NCBI GenBank assembly: GCA_021613535.1
Contig: CP075494.1
Span: 2,914,001 to 2,978,000, forward strand
Length of the DNA stretch: 64,000 nt
Source: Adineta vaga
Lineage: Eukaryota > Animalia > Rotifera
Reading direction: 5' to 3'
Of this stretch, positions 35,981 to 49,113 are shown piece by piece. The position numbers and the translations under genes were made by a program. The notes under the pieces are model-generated. The model did not search any database. It was not told the origin of the DNA and was given only the letters and a program-made list of their open reading frames with translations. Numbering within the stretch: position 1 is the stretch's first letter; every line of letters starts with the position of its first letter.

Positions 35981-37050
35981 TCAAGAAATGTCTTCAAGTT
36001 CTTGATTATGATTGATTGAGTCCTCTGAATTTTTAGGTACAATACTATTATTCTTCAAACCACACCATAGTTTAAATTGTTGCCAAGCTTTTTTATACAT
36101 GATATACTTCACTTGCCGACGGAAACGTGATGATGAACCGATAAAAACAAAAAAGCCGATCTACAACAAAGGAACATCATCAAAACTATAACTTTTCTAG
36201 AACAAATTTTTACCGTATAATTGGCCGTAGACAGAGAAAATGTGATCGCTTGAATTAATCGTACAATGATGTATCTCGTCATGTCACTTTTTGAAATAGG
36301 ATAGGTCGTAACATAAATCCGACAGATATTATAAGGTAGTGCCAAACAAACAAAGAAGATAACACGTATGAAAACCATTGCTGTCATTTGTCGATCTAAT
36401 CGACGACGAACAATAGGCAATTGTCGACGAACGATTCGTCGAACATTACGATATGCTAATAAACTAAAAAATGATGCAATTGCAATAGGTAATAAACCAA
36501 TTAAAATCGGATAATAAAAAACTGTTGTATATTGAACAAATACTGAATTTGATATGATACATCCAACTGATGGTCGAATGTCAAAAAATAGTCCAAGTAT
36601 AATGCTATGAATAGTTGCAATAGAAACTATTACAAAACCGACATAGTAAGTCAATTTTATTGTACATATTTGTCGTATATAATGACGATAATTTGTTGAA
36701 AAATATTGATCAACAGTAGCAGAACATATCATGTAATATGTAGTAACAGCAAATATTGGACCTAAAATGTATCGTAATTTACACCAAACGGGAAAACGTC
36801 CTGTTCCGTCATCTCCATAGATCCATGTGAACACGGTTAGAGTTATAAAGATAAAATGAAAAAGAAAATTAGAAATTGATTCGAAAATTATATAGAAAGC
36901 ACATCGATTATCTCGAAAGAGTTTCAATTGACTAAAAACAAGAATATTAATTGCATTACCAACAATTCCCAATATAAATATAGTACAACCACTGTAAAAT
37001 GTGTATTGTGTCACGAAATCAAGAACTTTTGTGAAAAACGATGAAGACAT
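35981..37050 (-). CDS. Rhodopsin-like 7TM GPCR (intron in TM7)
   Basis: GN in TM1, CK in TM3, DQY motif; the spliced tail IGFFVFIGSSSRFRRQVK ends at TGA 35981. Confidence 0.85.
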
Positions 37051-38993
37051 GAAGATTAATGGTATGATGAGAGTGATAATGACATATTCATTAAAGTTTT
37101 TCTTCTGTTTTTTCTTTTGAGAACAGGAAAAAAAAATGAATACTAATAGAATCTAAATAGAAAAACAAGAGGATTATTTCATGGTTTTTGATTGGTCTCC
37201 TGGTATGTCTCGAGAAAAGATTTAAACGTCTAATGCAGACTAAAAGACACGTCTGAGAGGAACAAGAATGATATGTTTGCATTATTTCACACGCGACGCA
37301 CATAAGTCTAGTTTTTGAGTACCATTTATAAAGGAAATAATCATCATCAAAATCATACAGTAATTCTCTCTACGAAGGAACGTAGAAAATTTGAGGTTAC
37401 ATGATGAATCTGCTCATGTAAAATAATACGTTCCATTTCATCAGTTTTTGTTTTTCGCTTTTTTTCTCATGAAGAATTGTAGGTTTAATTAGTTTTTTTG
37501 TCGTTCAAGAAATTGAATCTTGTTGTTGAATGAAATCAAAAACGAGAATTCTCATCGTAGAGAAAAACCTAATGAGAAACACTGTTTCCTTATGCTTATG
37601 TATCCATATTTCAGTGCTTAAGGTTACATAATAATTTAAAAAAACAAGGGATTACTTTGCATAAAGCACGAGAGTAAAGTATTGAAATTTGATAACATTT
37701 TCAATTAATTATTAGCTATAGATATAAATTATTGATATTTTTCTTAAAACTTGATAAAAGGATGATCAAGGGTAGGAAACACGATTTCTACAAGAAAACG
37801 GTAAACAAGTCAGCAGGCAGAGTTCTATTTCAAAGTACTTAACCATTTAAGATTCTCAAGATAACTGTAAGTAAGAATTGTGAATCATTGGTAAAGATTA
37901 ACGTGTTTAAAAAAAATCAGAAATATAGCGTTAACATCCAATGATAAGACCGTTTTTGAGTTCTTTTACACTTTCTAGAACAATCAGACATATTCAAGAA
38001 GTTTTAAAACTGACCGTATAGAAACAGAGCACAGATCAAACAACATCAAAATTATGGATTTGATTATTTCGATGTAAGAAAAGGAAACAAAAATAAAGAA
38101 AACAATTAATATTAGAAAGTTTTCAAGGCAAAATTCTTAATGAAATTTAATGAATAAAAGCTGTTTCTGTTATGATTTATGAAAGACACATTGTGAAAAA
38201 CCGTCCTTTTTCGGTGAGATGTACGTAGTGAAGAGGATATTTTGGCTATAATAAAACTAAATGAAAAGGAATACAAATAGGCTAGTTTACAGAGTGTTCG
38301 ACGCTCTATCGGAATATGCTATTGGTTTGAATTTGATTTGTTCACTATACGCTTGTTTAATGTTCATATTGTTTGAAAGATACTTATACATTATTGCGTA
38401 GAGTGACGGTAACATACTTTCTAACTACACTAATGGTACAGCTCATAAGAACTTTAGACCATATAAAAAGAATGCAGACTCTTTATTTATCAAGTTTATT
38501 TCCCAGGAAAAATAACAGAACTTCTGAAATAATAGTCATCATACTCACTTCACTTCTATCTTAAACATCATTTATACATATTTTTTATCCAGGCACTTAC
38601 TGCACTATATCTCTTTTTAAATATTTTCATTTCTTGCCATAGACATTTGTCGAACTAAATCTTCTCCACAATGATATTGGATATGAACTAGATCGCTCAA
38701 TAGCGGAGTCTATAAAACGAAATATAATAATAGACAAACTATAAATGCTTGATTTCGGTTTCTTATAAGCAAAGGTTCGTTGGTTGAAGATATACATACG
38801 ACATACGTATGAAAAAAAAAAGAATTTTATCTGAATCCATATTGGATACTTCAGCTATAGTGAGTATGATATTCATCACTAAATTGTACTCTCAAAATCA
38901 TCCACTTCTAGTTCCAGATGATTTCTATTCTCATCAGTGACTCAGTGTTTTTTTTATTAAAACGGATCCATCTTCTATTTTGTAACATGTATG

Positions 38994-40061
38994 TTAAAGA
39001 TGTGAATTTTGTTCGAGTTCAACACTTGATATTGGTGGAACATTACAAGGACCAATTCGATTGCTACGATGAGGATAAAATCGTCTTTTCCATTGTTGCC
39101 AATACTTTTTTCTCAACACATATTTCACTTGCCGTCGATATGGTGCAGATGACAAGTAGAAGATATAAAAATTGACCTAGAAATATGAGTATGTTATTGT
39201 TAATAATGAAATACAAATGTACAATTTTACCGCATAATTGAGATATAAATTTGAATTAATAATTGCTTGAATTAATCTTTCAACAGCTATTCGCATAGTA
39301 TCTGTCGGATGAATCGAAAGATTAATTGAATAAATACGATAGATGACAAAAGGTGTATTAGTAATAATGTGAAAACAAACACGAAGAAGAACAAGTTTAG
39401 TTAACTGTCGGTCAAGACGACGACGAATCATAGGCACTTGTCGTCGAATAATACGACGAACATTACGAAAAGCTAAGATACTAAAAGAACCTGAAATCAC
39501 AATTGGCAAGAGACCACTTAATATAGGATAGAAAAAATATGAATAATATCGAATTAATATCGAATATGAAGCAGCACAATCACCTGGTTGTTTAGCATTA
39601 AAAAACATTCCAAATGCAAGTGAATGACAAAATGAAAAACATGTTCCACTAATGATTAGATATCGAGCTAATCTCATTGAACTTCTTTGTCGAAAATATA
39701 CTGAATAACTTGTTGCAAGAAATTGATCAATTGCAGTAAAACATATTGTAGAAAATAAGATTAATACAAGTGTTTGTCCTATGATGATTCGTACTTTACA
39801 CCATATAGGAGAAGAATACCATATTTCAAAACCAGTTTGAACAGTTAATAGACGAAGAATAAAATTATATATCAATAAAGCAATATTTATAGTTGATTCA
39901 ACTGTTAAATAGAATACACATTGATTATTTCGATATATTTTAAGGTTTTTAAAGGTGAATATAATCAAAAAATTACCAAATATTCCTATAATAACAAAAA
40001 TAATCATAGTTGAGATGATATAACGCTCGGTAATCGTCGAAATCGCTGACGAAGATAGCAT
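38994..40061 (-). CDS. Rhodopsin-like 7TM GPCR, paralog of 35981-37050
   Basis: Shared RNVRRI.RRQ.P..RRRLDRQ loop and the same TM7 intron position. Confidence 0.85.
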
Positions 40062-41402
40062 ATTTTATTGTTCAATGATTATAATGAAATGTCATCATTA
40101 AAAATACAATGTGCCGTGCGCGCTCTGTTTTTTGTTTTGCAGATGCCGGAAATTCGTTTATTCTTATCCTATTTGATATCATATTAAAATAATTGAGTTA
40201 ATGGAAAACTAGACTTTACAACAAATTCAAATAATACCGGTTAATTATGTGTAATACACGAATCTGTGTATCACTGTTGAAATGCACAGGCAAGGAAGAT
40301 TTTAAAAAAAAAGAACTAGTTGTTGGAAGTCCGGGAGTATAATAAAATAACAAATCTATGTTTCAAAAGTATGAATGTTCATGACTCAATATTCTGAGAA
40401 TCGAACAAATAATAAATATTTATGATTGAGTTGGTTAGCAGGATATTTTCGAACTATTTCAGATTCAGATAAAAGTTTCTCATCTTATGTTTCGGAATGC
40501 GATAGAAATAATCGTTCTTCGAATATAACTATCTACTTTTGAACAATATCATTGCAGTGTTGATATCAAATTCAACAAGAAAAGAATTTGAGAAAAAAAA
40601 CGAGATAAACTTCTTAACCAAAGTTTACCATGATGAAAATCACAGGACGAGCTAATAGATCTTGTTTGGTATTCATCTCTGATAGAAAAAGATATATGCT
40701 GAAGAAAATCATTATCTTCTCAATAATCAAAACGATAAAAGTGAACACGTATTCTTTTTCTACACCCATATACAGAACAATCTTTACTTATTAGAAATGC
40801 ATGACTGAGCACATTTAATGTATGAAAATAGTCAAGAGAAGACAAATTTCATAAAGAAAAGAAATCATTTGAATTTATATCATGACTAATACTAGATGGA
40901 ATTCTACTAATACTTTTATCAACAATACAAATTAATATTATTCAATGAATCAACAAAGAAACGATGGTTATTGTGTTTGTCTATGTTCAGTCAATGAGAA
41001 AATGAATTCATCTGCTACGTATAATCATAATGGAAATTATGGTTATTTGAGATGAAATCCAAATAAGACAAAAGACGACTATAAATAGTCTACATGAAGT
41101 CCAATCTCATTTCTAGCGGATGTGAGTGTTGAGGCAGGTGTGAGTACGTATGCCAGTGTGTATGTGAGTGTTAATAACTTTTCGTATTTCATCCATCTTT
41201 GCAGAAATGGTTTTTATTCGTGACTTTCTGTTCTAGTGTTCCACCATAGTGCCTCTTACTGAAAGGAATGTGTAAGTATGACTCAACCAGACTAAACTCG
41301 CATCATTGTAGAAAGTAAAACAGAGAAAAAAGTCAATCACGAGTGGAGTATTTTGTTTACAGTAAATGCCTACTTTCATACCCACACCCAAACAAATATC
41401 GG

Positions 41403-43546
41403 TTACAACTTCTTTTTTACACGTTCGAGGTTTTGTCTTCGATTTACAAGATCAGGATGATTGTCAGGTAGCGAATGTTCTCCAATTTGTACAGCACGCT
41501 CATAAAATGAACAAGCTTTTAAATAGTCACCCATGTTATCATATAACAAACCGATGTTGTTAAAGGATGAAGCCAAACCAGGATGATTTGAAGGAAGTGA
41601 TTGCTGTTTAATTGCAAGAGCTTTTTCATAACATGAAAGTGCTTTTGGATAGTCAGCCATTTTGTCATATACCACACCCATATTATTGTAGGATTGAGCG
41701 AGATCAGGATGATTAAGAGGAAGTGATTGTTGTCGAATTATAAGAGTTTTGTCATAATAGAAAAGTGCTTTTGCATACTCGTCCATATTTTTATAGACAA
41801 TACCGATGTTGTTGTAGGACACAGCTAAAGCAGGATGATTAGAAGGAAGTGATTGCTGTAGAATTGCAAGAGATTTTTCGTGAAATGAAAGTGCTTTTGG
41901 ATATTCACTCATATCGTTATACATCAAACCGATGTTGTTGTAGGATGAAGCCAAATCAGGATGATTTGGAGGAAGTGATTGTTGCAGAATTGCAAGCGCT
42001 TTTTCGTGATATGAAAGTGCTTTTGGATAGTCAGCTATATTTCTGTATACTACGCTGACATTGTTGTATGAATTAGCCAAGTTAGAATGATTAAGAGGAA
42101 CATTTTTCTCTTCAATTTCAATTGATTTTTCAAAGAATGTTATTGCCTCTGGATATTTTCCTTGATTACGTTTGATCGAACCAAGCTGATGAGAAAGTGG
42201 TGCTTTTTCACTCTCCTCCGTTGTTTGATCTAGTAACATTCGATAAACCTCTTCGGCCTTGTCATTTTGACCCAATTTACTTAGTACCTGACCCAATCTA
42301 TACCATCCTTTGGAGTATGGGAAACTTTCTTCTCGAATACGATCAGTAAGTGCACTTAATTCTTTGTCGTTATCACTTGTAAGTGTTAAATTTACTTCAT
42401 ACAATCTGTTACTGGCATCCATTGGTTTGATATCATGAACACGAAATACACTGTGCATGGAAAACAACACTTCATCTTCGTTTGGGAAATAACTAATACT
42501 ACGAATAGAAGCAAACGGTATTGTTGTTTGTCTTGGGTCAATTTCCATTATAAACAGAACTCCTACTAAATCTGGATTTGTTGTTGGATTTTGAGCAAAA
42601 GGCAGTGAAACTTGTAGAACCTTGCTGGTGGACAGGAAGTTGTTAAATGACATTAATCCTCCTTGTGTTTGTTTTAGTTGTTCAAAATCGGACTTTGATA
42701 AACCTTGTCCACGATAAACTGTAAATATCTGAGCAGTATATTGTTCCTTGTGCACTTTCGCAATGTGTCGGTAGAGATCATTAATAAAGAATCCCATTCG
42801 TGTGATAATATCACCATTTATCTCTCTCAATGCACGATTAAGCATAGGATAGAGAACACTTTCCTTCGTATACCACCATATAGGTGTGTTTCGATGATAT
42901 TTTTGTACCAATTGTTCGATATTCTTCAGTTCTACTTTATTGTCAATCAATGCATCCGGACAATATTGAACAAATTCTTCAATGTGTGCATTGTCAAAAT
43001 CGATGCTTAATAATATTTCTTTCAGGATTTGTGTGTACATAAAAGATGGATCGAGTTGATCTAATCTCTTGCCGGATGCCATGAAGCTCATAGACATTGC
43101 ATTTTGTTCACATTGTTGAGCTGCTTGTTTAAGACCTTGACAGATGGATTTTATTTCTATGAAAACTCCCTTTATTTTGAGCCATTCTTTAGCCCATTTT
43201 TCATGCCGCATCTTGTTGCCACAAAGGATGAAAATCGAATCTACTTGGAACATGTCATGCACACGCGGTACGATATATTGCCCAAGCCTTACGGTCTTTT
43301 ATCGTTTCGATGAATTCAATGCATTGATCAATATCTATGAATATATTAACATCAGTGACAATACGTTGTAATTGAGTGATTATGTTCTGGCACTCTTCAC
43401 TATTGTCATCAATGTTGCTATCTAACCATATGAGAAGGACATTTTGCACATTTTGAATATCGATACATCGACGTTCACGTGCGTCTTTTGAAACTATGGA
43501 TGCGTGTTGAGTTGTATTGACGCTGCTTGCTTTGTTAGTTACCATT
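41403..43546 (-). CDS. ADP-ribosyltransferase (R-S-E type) + TPR-repeat protein, frameshifted near 43283 (possible pseudogene)
   Basis: VYRGQGL, FLSTS and EDEVLF motifs; 42-aa kinesin-light-chain-type TPRs (LPPNHPDLASSYNNIG); the N-terminal domain is in a different frame. Confidence 0.85.
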
Positions 43547-43959
43547 GATTTTATGTTTGTTATGTGCAACGTGAATAAAAGTTTTTTTAAAAATGAGTAA
43601 CGACAGAACGAACAAAATGACTTCTTTTGCAGGTCTCTACTTATAAGATGTTTTTTTCTTTTCTTTTTCGTTATTGCACAATAAGAGCATGTTTTTCTCT
43701 GCTGCTCTAAAGAACATAAGCATGCCAGTAAAATCTGAAAGTTCTGTTCAATTGAACTTTCGATTTAGGTTTTAAGTTAAAACTTTTACAATAGGCATTA
43801 AGACTGTTAATAAATGAGGGAAGTTTGAACAGCTTTCTTTTATTCATATCAAAAGGATCGAGATAAAGTTATTCTATAACTACTATTCCTGTATACATAG
43901 ATATCAAAGGACGGTATTATGATTTTCGCCATATTCAACTGTGATACAATTTTTTTAAT

Positions 43960-44125
43960 CTGAGGATGTGGGGTGAGAATTTCTTCGATCACCATGCCAA
44001 GTCTCAGTCGACCTTCCTTTGGACCGACGGGTGCTTCATGAAAACTTTGGTGATCATATAGCTATTATAGGGATTGAATGCATAGCGAAAAGACAAACAA
44101 ATAAACATTCTTCTTGATATATGTA
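43960..44125 (+). mobile_element. Partial second copy of the 13705-14346 element (3' end)
   Basis: GTCGACCTT...TTTGGTGATC...GCTATT...TGAATGCATAGCGAA.AGACA.ACAAA...TTCTTCTT aligns with 14228-14346. Confidence 0.7.
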
Positions 44126-44461
44126 AATGAAATTGAATGTTCTCGACTGAAATTGACATTAAACAAACGATTAATGTGACAGACAGAATGAAAAAGCAAA
44201 ATAATATTTGACATCTTTTGCGAAATTCACATATATTTTTCGAAGAAAAGTGAGGGAGTGTAAATTTTAAGTCGAGACTTTTTTCGATCCCCTTCATTAC
44301 AGACAAGTCTTTGTTCCAGACAGGGTAGATACCATTACAAACAAGGCACCGCTCATGATGGTTAATGAGAGACCGATGACTGCGGGTCAGCACTAATCCT
44401 CCTCCCCGCTATCCGTTACAGAAATTTCCACTACTCTTCATTACAAGAACAATCCAACTTT

Positions 44462-44783
44462 TTCAAACAAGAAACCAAGTCGATGGAAAAAAGATCGTCT
44501 CGTAATCTTGAGGGTGGGTGTGAGCATGTCTTTTACAGACACCCGCATACCAAGAAAATATTCAAAAACATCATATATTCATACTCTTCTTAAAGTAAAT
44601 CCAGACGAACTGTATAAAACAAAAAAAACTCTAACATTGAAATAATTAAGATAATAAAGTCGATTATGAATTCTAGTTGTTGATGGAACAGCAATTCCTT
44701 TTTCTTGTAAATCATTAACAATTTCATCATTGAATACATCTAATTGTTCTTCATCGAGATCTTTTAATTCATTTGGTTTTAAT
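44462..44783. pseudogene. Patchwork of duplicated fragments: DUF3431 piece, mini-palindrome, and decarboxylase 3' end with an internal deletion
   Basis: 44462-44507 matches 49212-49257; 44600-44783 matches 46729-47018 minus about 100 bp. Confidence 0.8.
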
Positions 44784-44904
44784 ACACTATAGTTGATGTT
44801 TCACTAACAATAATTCTACATGACGTTTCTTGAGAAAATTGAAATAATTGAATCATCAAAAGTGAAAAAGTATGATTAAAAGAAAATAAAGAAAACTTTT
44901 ATTT

Positions 44905-46431
44905 CTATGACGATTGAAAAATTTGGTTAAAAAGAGTTATCGAAGGAATAAACCAATAATTTCCTGTTAATGGTGTTGAGAAATCCATGATTCGATCATA
45001 AATTCCATCATTAATTCCAAGCATACTATCGAGTTGTTTTTCATGTTTATGAGGATTAGAAGCATAGGAGATAAAGAATAATCCATGCTCTTTCATATCT
45101 CCATATGGAAGAGATTGTCGAACTACTTTAATATCGACTCCATTCTCTTTGAGATCCGTTCGAGACACATGAGAGATTGGAATTTTTGGTCGTATCTTTT
45201 CACTATCTTCTCCTTTTGTTCTTCCAATAACATTGGCTTGTTCTTCGTCTGACAATCTAAATATCGTATATGATTATATTTATAATCAACTTTCATTATT
45301 ATCGATATAACTATAACATACTCATTCCATGCGGTTAAATTGTGTTTCCACTTTTGTGTTAGCGCAAAAGAACCTCCGACATGAATAGGTTCATCGTCTT
45401 CTTCTCCTATAAGTGCGGCTTTGGCCTGAAAAAAGTATATGGTAAAAGAGCTCATCGACTGTTATGATGCTATTCAATACCCTTTGCTCATCAACCTTTG
45501 GATTTTCATTACCATCTTCGAAACCTGTAAAATCTTGCGATAGTCCATTTGTCTTCGAACTCATATATGCATAGCCAAATGTATCATCTAACTTAGCAAT
45601 ATTTCGGACAGGAATGGACTGACAGAATTGTCGACCAAGTTCAAAGCAAAGATCTTTTCGATTACTTCGAATATGAACAAGTATATCACCACCTAAAATT
45701 TTCAATCATACTTAATCTCTTTGAATAGATCTCAACTTAATTCACTTTAAGTGACGTTACCTGTATGTGGCATTATTTTTCCTATTGAATTCTTTTTTTC
45801 TTGAAATTCCATCAAAGATTTTGGTAGGGAAATATTCATTCGAGTAAGCCATTCTCGAGATTTTTTATATCCAATCCCGAGCGTTGCTTCCAAACGACAG
45901 CCTTTATGTCGTTGAGAAACTGTTTTTTTGAGTATTGGTAGATTTGCACAAGCTTTCAAAACTGTCTTGTCATCTTCATTGGATAGGTGAACTGAAATGA
46001 TATACTGAACGTGTTAATAAATAGTTTAATTATCCGAGGATTGAAGAAAGTTTCTACCAATGATATAAAGAGCATGTTCAAAGAGATCGAATGGTGTTAA
46101 AATTCCAGTTTGACAATGGTATGTCTTCGAAAAAGCGATACTGATTTGTTGAATACTATTGGGATCTGGTGAATCTGAATTATTAACGATGTTGTGATCA
46201 TCTCCTATAGAACATATTTCGTCGATAAAATGCGATATTTCGCAAGATTGATGGAGAAATTGAAATCTTTTATTTTTTATTTTTAAGATTTTTCTTACCC
46301 TTGGTGATGATCAATAGTTTCTTCGAAAGATGTTTTACCTTCAATTTATCAAAATAATTTTTCTCACCACTACTGATTAAATGTAAGTTTTGATGAGCAA
46401 CGTTCTCATCTATGTGAATTGGTTGATTCAT
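44905..46431 (-). CDS. Dye-decolorizing peroxidase (DyP family), intron-containing; exact start uncertain
   Basis: GFEDGNENP (GxxDG), GGSFALTQKWKH, IGRTK, SHVSR (proximal His) and VRQSLPYG; several GT-AG introns. Confidence 0.9.
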
Positions 46432-46774
46432 GATACTGTCGAAAAATGAAAAAAACTAACATGAAAAAGTATCATCAACCATTTATTGCTTTCACATATA
46501 CATCACCTTTTAACAAAAAAAAGATAAGAGCGTTGTTGAGTTTTATCTATAATTTGAAAAAGAAATGAGAAAATATAAATAGGTAGAGATATAATATAAC
46601 TTCTTAGGAGACCAGAGGGTGGGTGTGGATGTAGGTATCTCTTCTGCAGTCACACACATTCTCAAAATAATATCTGTTTGAAAACATAAAAAATAGTAAA
46701 TTTGTTTTTCTTTTAATTTTTAAGGGAGTCCAAACGAACTGTATAAAACAAGAAAAACTCTAACATTGAAATAA

Positions 46775-48452
46775 TTAAGATAATTTATTCATCAAAGAAA
46801 TTCTCGATTGACATAGATCAATGAGAGAAGAAATAAAAACATGAAAATCGGATAAATTTGTTCGATGATTTGTAAGACAAATTCGAATAAAAAGTCGATT
46901 ATGAATTCTAGTTGTTGATGGAACAGCAATTCCTTTTTCTTGTAAATCATTAACAATTTCATCATTGAATACATCTAATTGTTCTTCATCGAGATCTTTT
47001 AATCTATTTGGTTTTAATCGAAAATTCACGATATTTAATGAAACGGGACTAAATACATGAATGAATTCATATTTTGATAAAAGATTTGCTAAATATTGTG
47101 CTTGATCACAATTATTTTTGATTGATTCACCTAATTTATTCATTCCATGTTCTTTAATAGTAAACCAAACTTTCAACGCTCGACATGGTCTTGAAAGTTC
47201 AATACTCATATCACAAAACCAAGGTGTATCTCCCGCAAAACCTCGTTTTGTTCCAACTAAATAATGACGTGGTGATGAAAATGTCTCTTGAAGTTTCTTC
47301 ATATTTCTTACAAGAAGACATCCAGCTGCATATGGAACATGTAACCATTTATGAAAATCAAATGCTAATGAATCAGCTTGATTTAAACCATTTATTAAAT
47401 TTTGACGAGTTTTATCCAAAACAATAAAACTTCCAAATGCTCCATCAATATGAAACCAAATGTCATTCTCTTTTGCAACACTCGATAGAGATTGTAAATC
47501 ATCAAATGCACCCGTACTGACTGTACCTATTAAAGATGAATAAGTCAATTGATTTAAAGAATTCTTTATGTATTTTACCTGCATTTCCAACAATACAAAA
47601 AGGAATGAAACCTTTCTCTCGATCTTCTTTAATCATTGTTTTTAATGATTCGATATCAATTTGAAATTGATCATTAACAGGTATTAATCTTAATGCTTCA
47701 TTTCCTAAACCTAATAATTCCATGGCTTTTGCAATACAAACATGTGTTTGTGTTGAACAATATGCAACAAATTGAATTCCTAATGAAATTAAACCTTTCT
47801 CTCGTATTTTATCTAACGCATGATGACGTGCAACAGCTAAACAGATCAGCGCAGCCATCGATGTTCCACTAACAATAATTCCACCTGAAGTTTCTTTCGG
47901 AAATTGAAATAAATCTACCATCCATTGAATAACTTGTCTTTCAATCAAAACTCCGCTATGACTACAAAGGCCAACATTAGAATTCATTGTTGCTGTCATC
48001 ATTTCAGCAATTAAACCACCAACTGTTCCTGAACCATGTACCCAACCCCAAAATCTTGGATGTGTATTTCCACCACAGTAAGGTAAAACATCATTTGTTA
48101 TATCTTCACAAACTTCTTCTAAAGATTTTCCTTCGTTTGGTAGATTTTCTGTTGTTAAACGTTGTCGAACTTCTTGAGGTAAGGGTAACCATGCTGGTCT
48201 TTCACGAGATTTTTCAAGAAAATCTAATGAAATATCAAGCATTTGATGTGCTTGAGCACGTGTTGATTTCCAATCAATTGGATCTAATGTCACTGACAGA
48301 GATTCATTGTCATTCTTCTTAATATCATTCGTTAATAATTGATCGATGGAATTCAATAATAATGAATTATCTTCAAGAATATTTTCATCATATGATCTTT
48401 TCATATAATCGTTAAATCTTTCCATAAATTCGTCTTCAAATAAATTTGTCAT
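46775..48452 (-). CDS. Group II pyridoxal-dependent (aromatic amino acid-type) decarboxylase, bacterial-like, one intron
   Basis: HPRFWGW, VSGTSMA, HIDGAFG and DFHKW (PLP Lys); intron 47527-47578 joins NA|GTV. Confidence 0.92.
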
Positions 48453-49113
48453 TTTGTCTTTTTCGAATAAAATACATTAGAAAATTCAATTATATTTATA
48501 TAGACAAATGAAAAATGACAAAGCAAGATAGAATCATGACATAAAAAATACAACGAATCGTCATCATGATATATCAAACAGAATATATAAATGCATTATC
48601 ATTTAAATACTATTTGCCGAATTGATGATTTTGAAAAAAAACATCTAAAATTGTATTTTTACTCGAAGACAAACGTTCATATTTATAGATTAGAATTCAA
48701 GGTAATCTAATCAATTCTTCCGGGAGAATATGGTAGATGAATTATAATCACAAATAAATGTACTTGAAAAACATCTTAAAGAATTGATATATAAGACTGA
48801 CGTAAGGTAAAAAACCAATCTTGAGTCATTAAAGAACAAAAGAAATATGAAATGACAAATTTAAAAAGAAAAAAGATTAGAAAAGGAATTCATTCTCTTT
48901 TTCTTCATTTTTAAAATTGAGATTGACAACAAATGAAATGTTTTACTTCGAAGAGAGAACGAAAAAGAAAATCAATGTTTCAAAATCGTTTTTTCTTTTT
49001 CTTTTAAAATAAACATGAGAATTTCTTTCAAACAAAAATTCGTCTCTAAATGAATCAAATTAACATTCAGTAAGTCTTTTTTTCTTCAAACTAAAGATAA
49101 AACTTCGAATGAA

